This document shows positions 8,869-16,289 of a stretch of 43,807 nt of DNA, piece after piece. The stretch covers positions 454,762 through 498,568 of IMG/VR virus record IMGVR_UViG_3300020429_000529; one strand, given 5' to 3'. Source of the stretch: a virus. The notes beneath the pieces were generated by a model. It was not told the origin of the DNA, did no database searches, and saw only the letters and a program-made list of their open reading frames with translations. Numbering within the stretch: position 1 is the first letter of the stretch; each line of letters begins with the position of its first letter. The translations under genes and the position numbers were made by a program.

Positions 8869-9072
8869 ATGATGGACTTCAGCAACCCGCCGATGCATCG
8901 CATCGAATCGTGGGTGAACAAGTCGTTCAGAATACCTGATGCAGAGTTCACAGTAACAGATGTACGAAAGAGTCCGAAGGGATCGATCGTCGTACATGGC
9001 AGAGCAGTAGGAATACACGGATCAGTCAACAGAGTTCATTCAGCTTACTGGCTGGCGAAATGGGCTCCATAA
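8869..9072 (+). CDS. hypothetical protein (67 aa)
   Basis: An AAGGAGG Shine-Dalgarno site is upstream. The gene lies between tRNA genes. Confidence 0.45.
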   Translation: MMDFSNPPMHRIESWVNKSFRIPDAEFTVTDVRKSPKGSIVVHGRAVGIHGSVNRVHSAYWLAKWAP

Positions 9073-9077
9073 ATCAA

Positions 9078-9161
9078 GCGGACATGGCGGAATTGGCAGA
9101 CGCGCAACCTTGAGGTGGTTGTTCCCTAACGGGAGTGGAGGTTCGAGCCCTCTTGTCCGCA
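9078..9161 (+). tRNA. tRNA-Leu (anticodon GAG)
   Basis: The loop is TTGAGGT with G37. The variable arm is long. The acceptor stem GCGGACA/TGTCCGC is perfect. Confidence 0.75.
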
Positions 9162-9172
9162 TTTTACCCGAT

Positions 9173-9247
9173 GCCTGGGTGCGTCAACTTGGCAGAACGG
9201 CCATGCTCAGAACATGGTGGATGGAGGTTCGAATCCTCTCTCAGGCA
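9173..9247 (+). tRNA. class-I tRNA with anticodon CAG, identity uncertain
   Basis: The loop is CTCAGAA and the variable loop is 5 nt (TGGAT). The T-arm is canonical. A73. Confidence 0.5.
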
Positions 9248-9258
9248 CTTCCCCATTC

Positions 9259-9342
9259 GGGGGCGTAGCAGAATGGCATATGCGGCGGACTTAAAATCCG
9301 CAGTCCTCTGGACAGTTGCGGGTTCGACTCCCGTCGCCCCTA
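9259..9342 (+). tRNA. tRNA-Leu (anticodon TAA)
   Basis: The loop is CTTAAAA, the variable arm is long and the D stem is 3 bp. Confidence 0.7.
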
Positions 9343-9344
9343 TT

Positions 9345-9356
9345 CAAAGATAGGTG
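9345..9356 (+). promoter_or_regulatory. CAAAGATAGGTG 12-mer, copy 2
   Basis: Exact 12-mer, directly after tRNA-Leu(TAA). CACTGAC follows 20 nt later. Confidence 0.6.
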
Positions 9357-9370
9357 CCACCTGCAGCGAC

Positions 9371-9399
9371 TTGCGTCACTGACCGATCTGCGGTATACT
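9371..9399 (+). promoter_or_regulatory. σ70-like promoter (TTGCGT, 17-nt spacer, TATACT) giving a leaderless or near-leaderless mRNA
   Basis: The -10 box ends 8 nt before ATG 9408. CACTGAC occupies the first 7 nt of the spacer. Confidence 0.4.
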
Positions 9400-9407
9400 G
9401 CACCCGT

Positions 9408-9800
9408 ATGGCAAAGTACGGCGTTACAACCATGAGCGCTATCGCTCGCTCTGATCGCTGGGATGCGAAGTACCACATCGCTCTCTCAGAGAACAAGGGT
9501 CGAGTCGAAGCCCTGATTGAGCGCCATGACCGAGACTCGCTCAACGACATGATGAGCAAGATCGGCTACAGCCCCGCAGCGTGGGAGGTCATCTGTCGAG
9601 GCAGCAAGCCGAAGTCCCAATGGCCCGGCATCATCCCCCGTACCTACTCGGACGAGGAAGCTGCTCTTTACATCATCCTGTCTACGTTCGATGATGCGAT
9701 CACTGATGAGCTTCAACGCCTGCTGACCGAGGTCTCGACTGTCGAGGCCAAGATCGCTGCTCGGGATGCAATTTCCGCGCAACTTGGAGAGATCGCATGA
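9408..9800 (+). CDS. hypothetical protein (131 aa)
   Basis: Start chosen at ATGGCAAAG, 24 nt after CACTGAC. The ORF track extends upstream through a TTG start. Confidence 0.55.
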   Translation: MAKYGVTTMSAIARSDRWDAKYHIALSENKGRVEALIERHDRDSLNDMMSKIGYSPAAWEVICRGSKPKSQWPGIIPRTYSDEEAALYIILSTFDDAITDELQRLLTEVSTVEAKIAARDAISAQLGEIA

Positions 9801-10258
9801 ACGATGGCGCTGAACTCGAACGCTTCCTCGACGAGGCCGAAACGATCACCGCCATCGATCTGTCGCTCGATATCGCCCGCATGAGAGCGGAAGGCGATAC
9901 GATGACAGATGACGAGTTCTCTGTGGAGAGATTCGACGCTGCGTATGAGTCAATGCTGCGCAAGAGCAATGCTGAGAGACTGACCAGTCGTCTGTCGGAA
10001 CTGTGGTGTAAGGACACCAAGCTCGATGGCGAGTTGGTCATGACTGTTACGGAGGACGGGATTCAGTTCGAGGGCATCGAAGCGTGGCTGCCTCAGGTTT
10101 ACGCTGTCAAGGTGCCGCATCGAGCAGACGAAGCAAGGGAAGCCGCTGCTGCTCATCTGGCTGATGACGAGAAACGACCTCAGATCATCGAGAGCGTGAA
10201 GGCGATGTTCTGGCGGAGTACGGCTCGTACATTCGTTGAAGAAGCGGAGGCTGACTGA
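9797..10258 (+). CDS. acidic hypothetical protein (153 aa)
   Basis: ATGA overlap with the upstream gene. GC3 is high. Confidence 0.55.
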   Translation: MNDGAELERFLDEAETITAIDLSLDIARMRAEGDTMTDDEFSVERFDAAYESMLRKSNAERLTSRLSELWCKDTKLDGELVMTVTEDGIQFEGIEAWLPQVYAVKVPHRADEAREAAAAHLADDEKRPQIIESVKAMFWRSTARTFVEEAEAD

Positions 10259-10587
10259 TGTGCAAGGCGCTGGCACTGATTCCCGGAGTTCGAGAAGAAC
10301 CTGACCGAGCCGAGATCGTTGAGGGCAAGAGTCCCGAGGAGATCATCGAGAGGGTCTTCGGCGTTGGCGCTGAGCTTCGGATGCGTATGCCTGTCGGGCA
10401 CGGGCGCAGCACTGTTCGAGTCATCGAGGGGAAGTACGCATGGAACGGCTATGGGACGCCGAACCTCTTGGCGAGTCGAGAGCTTGGTACGAAGCCAGGC
10501 ATGCGTCAGCTTGGCGGACCTGTGGTTGTTTTCTCACCTGATGCGCCGCATTCTGCGCCCGAGGATTGGTTGGCTCTCGCTCAGTAA
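10258..10587 (+). CDS. hypothetical protein (109 aa)
   Basis: Start and stop overlap the neighbours. Confidence 0.5.
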   Translation: MCKALALIPGVREEPDRAEIVEGKSPEEIIERVFGVGAELRMRMPVGHGRSTVRVIEGKYAWNGYGTPNLLASRELGTKPGMRQLGGPVVVFSPDAPHSAPEDWLALAQ

Positions 10588-10642
10588 GTGACAAGCGTTT
10601 GTGATATGATAGTTCCTGCGTTCTAAGTAGGAGCAATATCAC

Positions 10643-10924
10643 ATGACAGAGCAGATCGATTCACGCAGGCCCTCGTTCAACATCATGGAGCCGAACCCGC
10701 TATTGGGCAATCGGACTCTGATCCTTGTCAACCCTGAAATGAGCCGGTCGATCTGCGAGTTGGTCGAGTCGCTGGCGGACAAGCAAGCACTGACTGATGA
10801 GCAGAAGCATCTCTACGCCTTCGCCAAGCGGTTGAGGGCGCATTACTACGAGATGTCGCAGATGTTCTCGAAGAGGGAGAACGGCGAGACGTTCAGCAAG
10901 CGTCCCGAGGCTATTTCGGCTTGA
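10643..10924 (+). CDS. hypothetical protein (93 aa)
   Basis: Shine-Dalgarno site AGGAGC. Confidence 0.55.
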   Translation: MTEQIDSRRPSFNIMEPNPLLGNRTLILVNPEMSRSICELVESLADKQALTDEQKHLYAFAKRLRAHYYEMSQMFSKRENGETFSKRPEAISA

Positions 10925-11078
10925 TTGCAGATTTTTGCTGCTTTCGAGTGGAATAGTGAAGGGATTTGGGTAGTATGGTCGAAGAGGAAAGTCGCAATGC
11001 AGCAGATAATCGTCCATGTCGGAATCGTGATTACCACCTGAGGGAGGTTTTACGTTATCGTCTGGACGACAAGCGTAG

Positions 11079-11107
11079 AGGCCTCCCCGAGCAGGGAGGT
11101 CTTTTTT
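11079..11107 (+). terminator. rho-independent terminator
   Basis: GGCCTCCCCGAGCAGGGAGGTC followed by TTTTTT. Confidence 0.7.
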
Positions 11108-11114
11108 CGTGTAT

Positions 11115-11189
11115 GGGCGGGTAGCTCAATTGGCCAGAGCGCCTGGTTTACACCCAGGAGGTTTGAGGGTTCGAGTCCCTCCTCGCCTA
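11115..11189 (+). tRNA. tRNA-Val (anticodon TAC)
   Basis: The loop is TTTACAC and the T-loop is TTCGAGT. The variable loop appears to be 6 nt. Confidence 0.65.
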
Positions 11190-11205
11190 CTTCAGACATT
11201 TGATG

Positions 11206-11287
11206 GTGGCCTTGGCAGATAGGCAATGCACCTGGTTGTGGTCCAGGGTCCGTAAGGACAATGCGGGTTCGAATCCCGTAGGTCACC
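11206..11287 (+). tRNA. class-II tRNA-like gene (long variable arm) with anticodon GTG, identity uncertain
   Basis: The anticodon arm is CCTGG, TTGTGGT, CCAGG. The variable arm is 15 nt, the D stem is 3 bp, the T-loop is TTCGAAT and the discriminator is C. Confidence 0.45.
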
Positions 11288-11299
11288 CTTTAGATAGAC

Positions 11300-11371
11300 A
11301 GGCTTGTAGCTCAGCGGCAGAGCGCTCCCCTGATAAGGGAGAGGACGGGATCTCGGAATTCCCCAAGCCTA
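11300..11371 (+). tRNA. tRNA-Ile (anticodon GAT)-like with a degenerate T-loop
   Basis: The acceptor stem and anticodon arm are nearly identical to bacterial tRNA-Ile(GAU). The T-loop is CTCGGAA and lacks T54 and A58. Confidence 0.45.
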
Positions 11372-11372
11372 T

Positions 11373-11457
11373 TGGGTCGTGCGCCGAATTGGTTAGGCAC
11401 CCGACTGATAATCGGGGAGCGTTAAGCTCTATGCAGGTTCGAGTCCTGTCGGCCCTA
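11373..11457 (+). tRNA. class-II tRNA-like gene with anticodon GAT, identity uncertain
   Basis: The anticodon arm is CCCGA, CTGATAA, TCGGG. The 16-nt variable arm forms a hairpin. Position 1:72 is a mismatch. Confidence 0.4.
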
Positions 11458-11476
11458 TTGACGATACACTGAATGA

Positions 11477-11550
11477 GGCCCCTTAGCTCAGTTGGCCAGA
11501 GCGCTTGCATGACACGCAAGAGGCCGTTGGTTCGAGTCCAACAGGGGTCA
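11477..11550 (+). tRNA. tRNA-Val (anticodon GAC)
   Basis: Clean class-I cloverleaf. The loop is ATGACAC. Confidence 0.75.
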
Positions 11551-11555
11551 TTCGG

Positions 11556-11630
11556 GGAGCAGGTACAAGTTAGTCCACATTCCGCGGATGCGGAGCGACG
11601 TTGGCTCAAGATACCTGCTCCCTCTTTTTC
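11556..11630 (+). terminator. long imperfect hairpin (~70 nt) followed by TCTTTTTC
   Basis: GGAGCAGGTA pairs with TACCTGCTCC, with a nested CCGCGGATGCGG hairpin. A T-tract follows. Confidence 0.45.
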
Positions 11631-11632
11631 AT

Positions 11633-11707
11633 GGGGGCGTAGCTTAGCTGGCCCAAAGCATACGACTCATAATCGTGAGATCGTCGGTTCGAATCCGACC
11701 GCCCCTA
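11633..11707 (+). tRNA. tRNA-Met (anticodon CAT), elongator or Ile2-like
   Basis: The loop is CTCATAA. There are no initiator features such as a C1:A72 mismatch or GGG/CCC pairs. Confidence 0.7.
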
Positions 11708-12064
11708 CTTTTCAGGCACGCATAAACCCAAGCGCAACAACGACTTGCTCCTCGGAGCCGAAAAAAGTCGCGCAGAAAGACCACTGACGCTTGAAGGTGC
11801 AATGAAGATTGGGTATACTTCTCGAACCGCCGCAGCGAGCAGCAGCGAGCTACGACGGACTTTGGCAACCGAATACTGAACGATGCCCCGACGCTCATCT
11901 GAGACGATCTTCGGATCAACTGAGCCGAGCTTAGGGGCACCTTGGGGCTGAAAGCCGAACCGACAAGAATGGTCGATTTAGTACGAGCAGAGTCGTGAAA
12001 CACTGATCTGCGAAGGACGGACATACCGATCATCATTCAGTAAGAAAGTCGTAGGCCCCGCCTT

Positions 12065-12231
12065 GGGACGGTAGCTCAGCGAAGATGACCTTCGGGTCTA
12101 AGGAGCGCCGCTCGCCAACGATCTCTTTGGAGACCATGCTTCTCCCTTTGCCTTGGTCGGCTGGGGAAACAAGAAGTACCCGAGAGATCGTTGGAGAGCG
12201 GAGGTCGGAGGTTCAAATCCTCCCCGTCCCA
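12065..12231 (+). ncRNA. giant tRNA-shaped RNA 1 (~167 nt)
   Basis: Perfect 7-bp acceptor stem GGGACGG/CCGTCCC. TA plus D-stem GCTC/GAGC, with a UUCG hairpin inserted in the D-loop. About 17-bp anticodon-position helix, CCGCTC-CCAACGATCTC with GAGATCGTTGG-GAGCGG, enclosing 58 nt. Variable loop AGGTC. Canonical T-arm GGAGG, TTCAAAT, CCTCC. Confidence 0.55.
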
Positions 12232-12237
12232 CTTCTT

Positions 12238-12403
12238 GCGGCGATAGCTCAGCGAAGAAGCGATCACCTTCGGGAGATCGTCAAGGAGCGCTGTTCCGCT
12301 TGAAGAACCGTTCGTACCTGTCCCGCCTGGCACTGACCTCGCGGCCTGGACAACGGCTCTTCAAATGGAACAGAGGTCGGGAGTTCAAATCTCTCTCGCC
12401 GCT
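12238..12403 (+). ncRNA. giant tRNA-shaped RNA 2 (~166 nt)
   Basis: Same architecture as giant 1. Acceptor stem GCGGCGA/TCGCCGC. UUCG hairpin in the D-loop. About 20-bp helix CTGTTCCGCTTGAAGAACCG with CGGCTCTTCAAATGGAACAG, enclosing 43 nt that include GCACTGACC. Variable loop AGGTC. T-loop TTCAAAT. Confidence 0.55.
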
Positions 12404-12405
12404 TT

Positions 12406-13470
12406 AGATTGGCCCAACAGCAATGGGAAAGCCAATCGACATACGCAGAGATCCGAACCTGCTTGCAGAAAGGATCAAAGCTTCAAGATTCAGGTACGAA
12501 TAGATGGAAACATCTTCAAATACCTGAGTACGCCTCAGTTCGCTATGTCTCGTACATGACGGCTGAGCGAGCAAGAAACCGAAAGGGAAACTTGCTTGAG
12601 GCACACCAACTTGAGAGAGTTGGAAGCATGTGGCCGCTAACGGGCACTGACCGGCGACGGTCTGAGCAACGAGCGACAGTCATCCGAGCGAGGAAACTCG
12701 TTGGGATGGCTTTCACCAAGGCTTGTCAGTTCAACCTTCATGGTGACATAGAAGAACTGACCTCTGACTGGTCCCGGTCAGCCAAAAGGGACAGGCATGT
12801 TGGCATACCTGAGTATGTCCTACCGCCTCGTTCCAGACGCGTGGGTCGTCTGTTCGCCCTCTGCACGTTCTTCGAACCTGCATGGTGACAACGGCTTGAA
12901 AATATGGCTCATGGTCGAGTCAAACACGGTCCCTTGGTTCAGGCTTAACGGGTAGGCCTCAAACGGCCAACAGTCTGCGTCAGCGTTAAAAGCGTAACGC
13001 AGGCTTTCCCAATACCTTGCCAAGCTCTCAAAGAGGGAGGGCAGCAAGGCTCTGGCTGCTCACGGCTAAACCAAGAGTGAGAGGCAGTTCATGCCTTCAT
13101 AAGACTCGGCGGCCTTCCTTCGATGCCTGGTAAACATCGATGAGCGGAGGATGCCTGTGTCAATGTAGAAATGGGCTACAGAGGTCCGGGTGAGAAACCC
13201 GGCCCTTCTGTTTTCCGCAGTCGAATGCGCAATACCTGATCTCTGCCGCCCTTGGAAAAGGCACGATCAACGCAGAAGGATGGGCGCTTCGACGGTCGAG
13301 ATCAGTTCGGCGAATGTTCTGCAGAACTCGTCGGGCACGGAGATGTGACGGCTTCAATCCGTCATGGCGAGTTTCGATTCTCGTCCTCGGTTTTCCTCAG
13401 CGGCGGGCGTCGATGGCTACGGCGCAGCAGAGACTCAAGCCCCTTGTCTTCGGACGAGGGGCTTTTTTCG
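12406..13470 (+). ncRNA. about 1 kb region with poor coding potential, ending in a strong terminator. Candidate long structured RNA or regulatory region.
   Basis: The only long ORF, 12409-12888, lacks the GC3 bias seen in every accepted gene. Hairpins are present, for example GATTGGC...GCCAATC at 12406-12437. Terminator at 13438-13468. Confidence 0.3.
13438..13468 (+). terminator. rho-independent terminator
   Basis: GCCCCTTGTC, TTCG loop, GACGAGGGGC, then TTTTTTCG. Confidence 0.8.
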
Positions 13471-13508
13471 TGCGCTGCCACTGACCTCTACCTGCTGAAA
13501 TCTTGGTC

Positions 13509-13796
13509 ATGGCAACCAAACAAGCAACGCTGCATGCAGCGAAGAGAATCGTGATCGACTGCGAACGGAACGATGATGTTGACATCCGTTGCGGCGGTCC
13601 TGCTGTCCTTGGCTTCGATTTCCTCGTCCCCTTCGAGGAGAAGACGCCTGACCTGCGCAAGTGGCTTCAGGCAACGCTCAGCAAGCACGATCGCCCTGTC
13701 ATGAGCATCTCGATCAGCCGCTCAAAGGAATGGGTCGTCAAGGGTCGTCTCTGGGGCAAGCGCCGTATGGAGGCTTGCATCAAGAGCGGCTATTGA
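13509..13796 (+). CDS. hypothetical protein (95 aa)
   Basis: CCACTGAC, then 23 nt, then ATGGCAACC. Confidence 0.55.
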   Translation: MATKQATLHAAKRIVIDCERNDDVDIRCGGPAVLGFDFLVPFEEKTPDLRKWLQATLSKHDRPVMSISISRSKEWVVKGRLWGKRRMEACIKSGY

Positions 13797-13898
13797 CAGG
13801 AGCCCTCAGAGCGGCTATTCTCGGGTAGCCACTGACGGACCAGCCGTCAGATCGTTAGAGTCATCTCGCACCGCCAAACCCAAACAAAGGAGAACCCA

Positions 13899-14534
13899 AT
13901 GGCGAGCAAATCCAAGTCCAAGTCGTCCGCCGCTGCCACGCTGACCGCCCCCAAGGGCTCGGTCCACAATGTCGTCGAGTTCAGCGACGACTCGAAGACC
14001 GATGTGTTCGATCTCGTCGCGTCGTACAACCCCAAGAAGGACGGCTCCTGGCAGGAGTTCATCAAGTCCGATCGGGTCCGCGAGGCGCTGGGCCGCAAGC
14101 TGCTCATCAACGAGACGGGTCTGTCGGTCCCGCTCGACGGCAAGGTTGCCGATGCCGCTGCCGCTCTGTCGGGCGTCGTTACGGTCTGGGGCGGTATCTC
14201 CCAGAACTGGGAGGCGACCAGCGCCTACGGCAACCAGCACTACACCGCTCAGGGGCCGATGCACTTCAACGGCGTCGATCGCCTCTCGACCGATGCGCTC
14301 ATGCTCAACGCCGCCATGTTCATCGAGGTCATCGCCCAGCGCGCCGGGCTCAAGGCCCTCTCGCCCGATGATCCGAACTTCGCTCAGGCGCAGGCGGCTC
14401 TCTCGGCTCTCCGCCAGTTCGCTCAGAACCGCCCCGGCGAGATCAAGGACGCCAAGAAGGCGCAGATGTACGCTGCGGTCGGCAAGGGCGATGAGGCCGA
14501 GGTCGTCAGCAAGGCCGATACCGCCGCTGCCTGA
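13899..14534 (+). CDS. Ala-rich hypothetical protein (211 aa), probably highly expressed
   Basis: Strong AAAGGAGA Shine-Dalgarno site 7 nt upstream. Very strong GC3 bias. A terminator hairpin follows. Confidence 0.75.
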   Translation: MASKSKSKSSAAATLTAPKGSVHNVVEFSDDSKTDVFDLVASYNPKKDGSWQEFIKSDRVREALGRKLLINETGLSVPLDGKVADAAAALSGVVTVWGGISQNWEATSAYGNQHYTAQGPMHFNGVDRLSTDALMLNAAMFIEVIAQRAGLKALSPDDPNFAQAQAALSALRQFAQNRPGEIKDAKKAQMYAAVGKGDEAEVVSKADTAAA

Positions 14535-14679
14535 TCCATCGGGCACCTGAGAACCCCCAAGGCCGCTCGTCCGCTCTGCGGGCGGGCGGTCGTTTTCGTG
14601 ACTCTCTAAATCTACAATGTGACAACCGGACGATGTATCATTAGATGCAGTTGGGTCTGAGCTACAGGAGAGTCAAGCC

Positions 14680-14916
14680 ATGACCAATGAAAGTCCTCAA
14701 TCATGGGCCGATGCGATGAGCAGCATCCCCGCCCTCAACGCCGATGTCGTCTTCATTCAGACGGCGATGGACAGTCTCATCCGCGATCGCAGTCCTGCGC
14801 CTGGCGATACTGCCGCGCTCGATAAGGTCGCCGATGATGCTGTCTACCTGTCGAACAGGATCTTCGAGCGACTGCAAGCGCAGTTGGAAGAGCCTACGGC
14901 TGCCATCGAAAGCTGA
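14680..14916 (+). CDS. hypothetical protein (78 aa)
   Basis: Shine-Dalgarno site AGGAGAG. Confidence 0.55.
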   Translation: MTNESPQSWADAMSSIPALNADVVFIQTAMDSLIRDRSPAPGDTAALDKVADDAVYLSNRIFERLQAQLEEPTAAIES

Positions 14917-14975
14917 TTTGGGATTGGGGGAAGGGAGCATGAGCGGTTGCGTTTGCGCCGCTCTGTTCCCGTGCG

Positions 14976-14987
14976 CAAAGATAGGTG
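14976..14987 (+). promoter_or_regulatory. CAAAGATAGGTG 12-mer, copy 3
   Basis: Exact 12-mer, 7 nt upstream of ATG 14995. Confidence 0.6.
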
Positions 14988-14994
14988 GAGAACT

Positions 14995-15720
14995 ATGTCA
15001 TTCATCGAAGTCCAAGACGGCGTTGCACTGATCGATGCGAACCAATGGGTCCGCATCAAAGCCATAGGCGAAACAGAGAGCCCCAACATCAGAGGCGGCA
15101 CTGTTATCTTCTATGGCGCTGAGCAGAAGAAGGTCATCGACGAGCCATCCCGACTGAAGGATCGAACCGAGTTCGCAGATCCTCCTCTGGATCCTGCTGC
15201 ATGGGACGACTTCATCAACGGTCGCATTACTGAGTCCGTCTGGCGAGATCGTCAGCGTGCTTTTGGCGACAGCAACGGCTTCGGCTACATCCTTGACGGC
15301 ATCGGCGGCAACAAGGTCTTCGAGACTGACCGAGATCGCTACGACCGCCTGTACGCTCAGTATGGTCCCGACGACATGCCTCGGCACACCTATTGGACGA
15401 CAGAACGTTCTCATTACGAGCCGTCGCATTTTGATTGGCAAGGAGTTCCAACAAACAATGGCGGTAACTGGCATACTCTACCTGGCAATATCATCGAGAT
15501 GGATCTGAAGCCTGAAGTTAACTACGAGGTACAAGTCATCCGTCCTGATGTTCCTGCTAATGAGACGTATCTGATTCTCGGAGGGGCCGTCGAGGAGCCG
15601 CAGGCACCTTCAAGGAATCCGGAGTTCGGCGCTGCTCGGCTCCATGATCCGATCTTCAGTACGCCAGCGGGCAAGTTCGGCAGGCCGCTCGCCACTGACG
15701 ATTCGCAGGACGATTCGTAG
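14995..15720 (+). CDS. hypothetical protein (241 aa)
   Basis: Start at ATGTCATTC, immediately after CAAAGATAGGTGGAGAACT. GGTGGAG serves as the Shine-Dalgarno site. Confidence 0.6.
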   Translation: MSFIEVQDGVALIDANQWVRIKAIGETESPNIRGGTVIFYGAEQKKVIDEPSRLKDRTEFADPPLDPAAWDDFINGRITESVWRDRQRAFGDSNGFGYILDGIGGNKVFETDRDRYDRLYAQYGPDDMPRHTYWTTERSHYEPSHFDWQGVPTNNGGNWHTLPGNIIEMDLKPEVNYEVQVIRPDVPANETYLILGGAVEEPQAPSRNPEFGAARLHDPIFSTPAGKFGRPLATDDSQDDS

Positions 15721-15792
15721 GGGTACTTGCAGGTGCCGCTCGAAAGCGGTACGATGCGGAAGAAGTCCGACAACCCTTACGGAGAAACAGCC

Positions 15793-16245
15793 ATGAGCGA
15801 CGGCGAAGCCACCAGCACCACCCCCAAAACCAAGCGCAAGTCCATCGAGGTTCCGCAGTTCGACAGCGCCGACGCGCTGATGACGCTCGTCCAGGGCCAT
15901 CGTACCGCCACCGCCGACGACAACGCCCGCCAGTTCACCGGCGAGGGCTTCAAGTCCGCTGGCGGCATCGACAGCCTCCCCCTCAACACGAGGGCTCTCA
16001 TGGCGGCTTCGCTCGTCATGTCGATCGCCAACGACGCCCAGGGCGACGGCGACGAGGGCAAGGCGGCGACCGCTGTTCTCGGCATTCTGACGCCGTTCGT
16101 CGGCGACGCGCAGACCCATGCGACCGAGGCGGCGAAGCTCAGCGCCTACGAGCAGATCGCTGCCCTCGAAGGCATCGACGCTCGCAAGGCCGACGAGACT
16201 TCGGCGCAGTTCATCGCTCGCGTCAAGAAGGCCACGAAGGGCTAA
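15793..16245 (+). CDS. hypothetical protein (150 aa)
   Basis: GGAGAAACAGCC then ATG. A terminator lies downstream at 16290-16328. Confidence 0.6.
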   Translation: MSDGEATSTTPKTKRKSIEVPQFDSADALMTLVQGHRTATADDNARQFTGEGFKSAGGIDSLPLNTRALMAASLVMSIANDAQGDGDEGKAATAVLGILTPFVGDAQTHATEAAKLSAYEQIAALEGIDARKADETSAQFIARVKKATKG

Positions 16246-16289
16246 TCGCCCTCGACAACTGACCCACCACTCTTCTCCTCGGAGAGGCC

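Noticed and set aside
12065-12403. tmRNA (SsrA) interpretation of the giant tRNA-like RNAs
   Set aside because: They have a full D-stem and a 7-bp acceptor stem like a true tRNA. They are about half the tmRNA length. I could find no resume codon or tag ORF ending in ...ALAA-stop inside them.
12409-12888. 159-aa plus-strand ORF in the RNA island
   Set aside because: Third-codon positions are not GC-enriched, unlike all convincing genes. There is no Shine-Dalgarno site or cassette. It overlaps predicted hairpins. It is treated as non-coding.
12406-13470. RNase P RNA or a group I intron in the non-coding kb
   Set aside because: I could not find the conserved P4 strands (AGGAAAGUCCGGGCUCC / ACAGAACCCGGCUUA) or group I P/Q/R/S elements by eye. 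The question is left open for covariance-model search, and I make no call.
13969-14550. 193-aa alternative-frame ORF overlapping the 13899-14534 gene
   Set aside because: It is an Ala/Arg/Ser-rich off-frame translation of a GC-rich gene. The 13899 frame has the Shine-Dalgarno site and a plausible composition.
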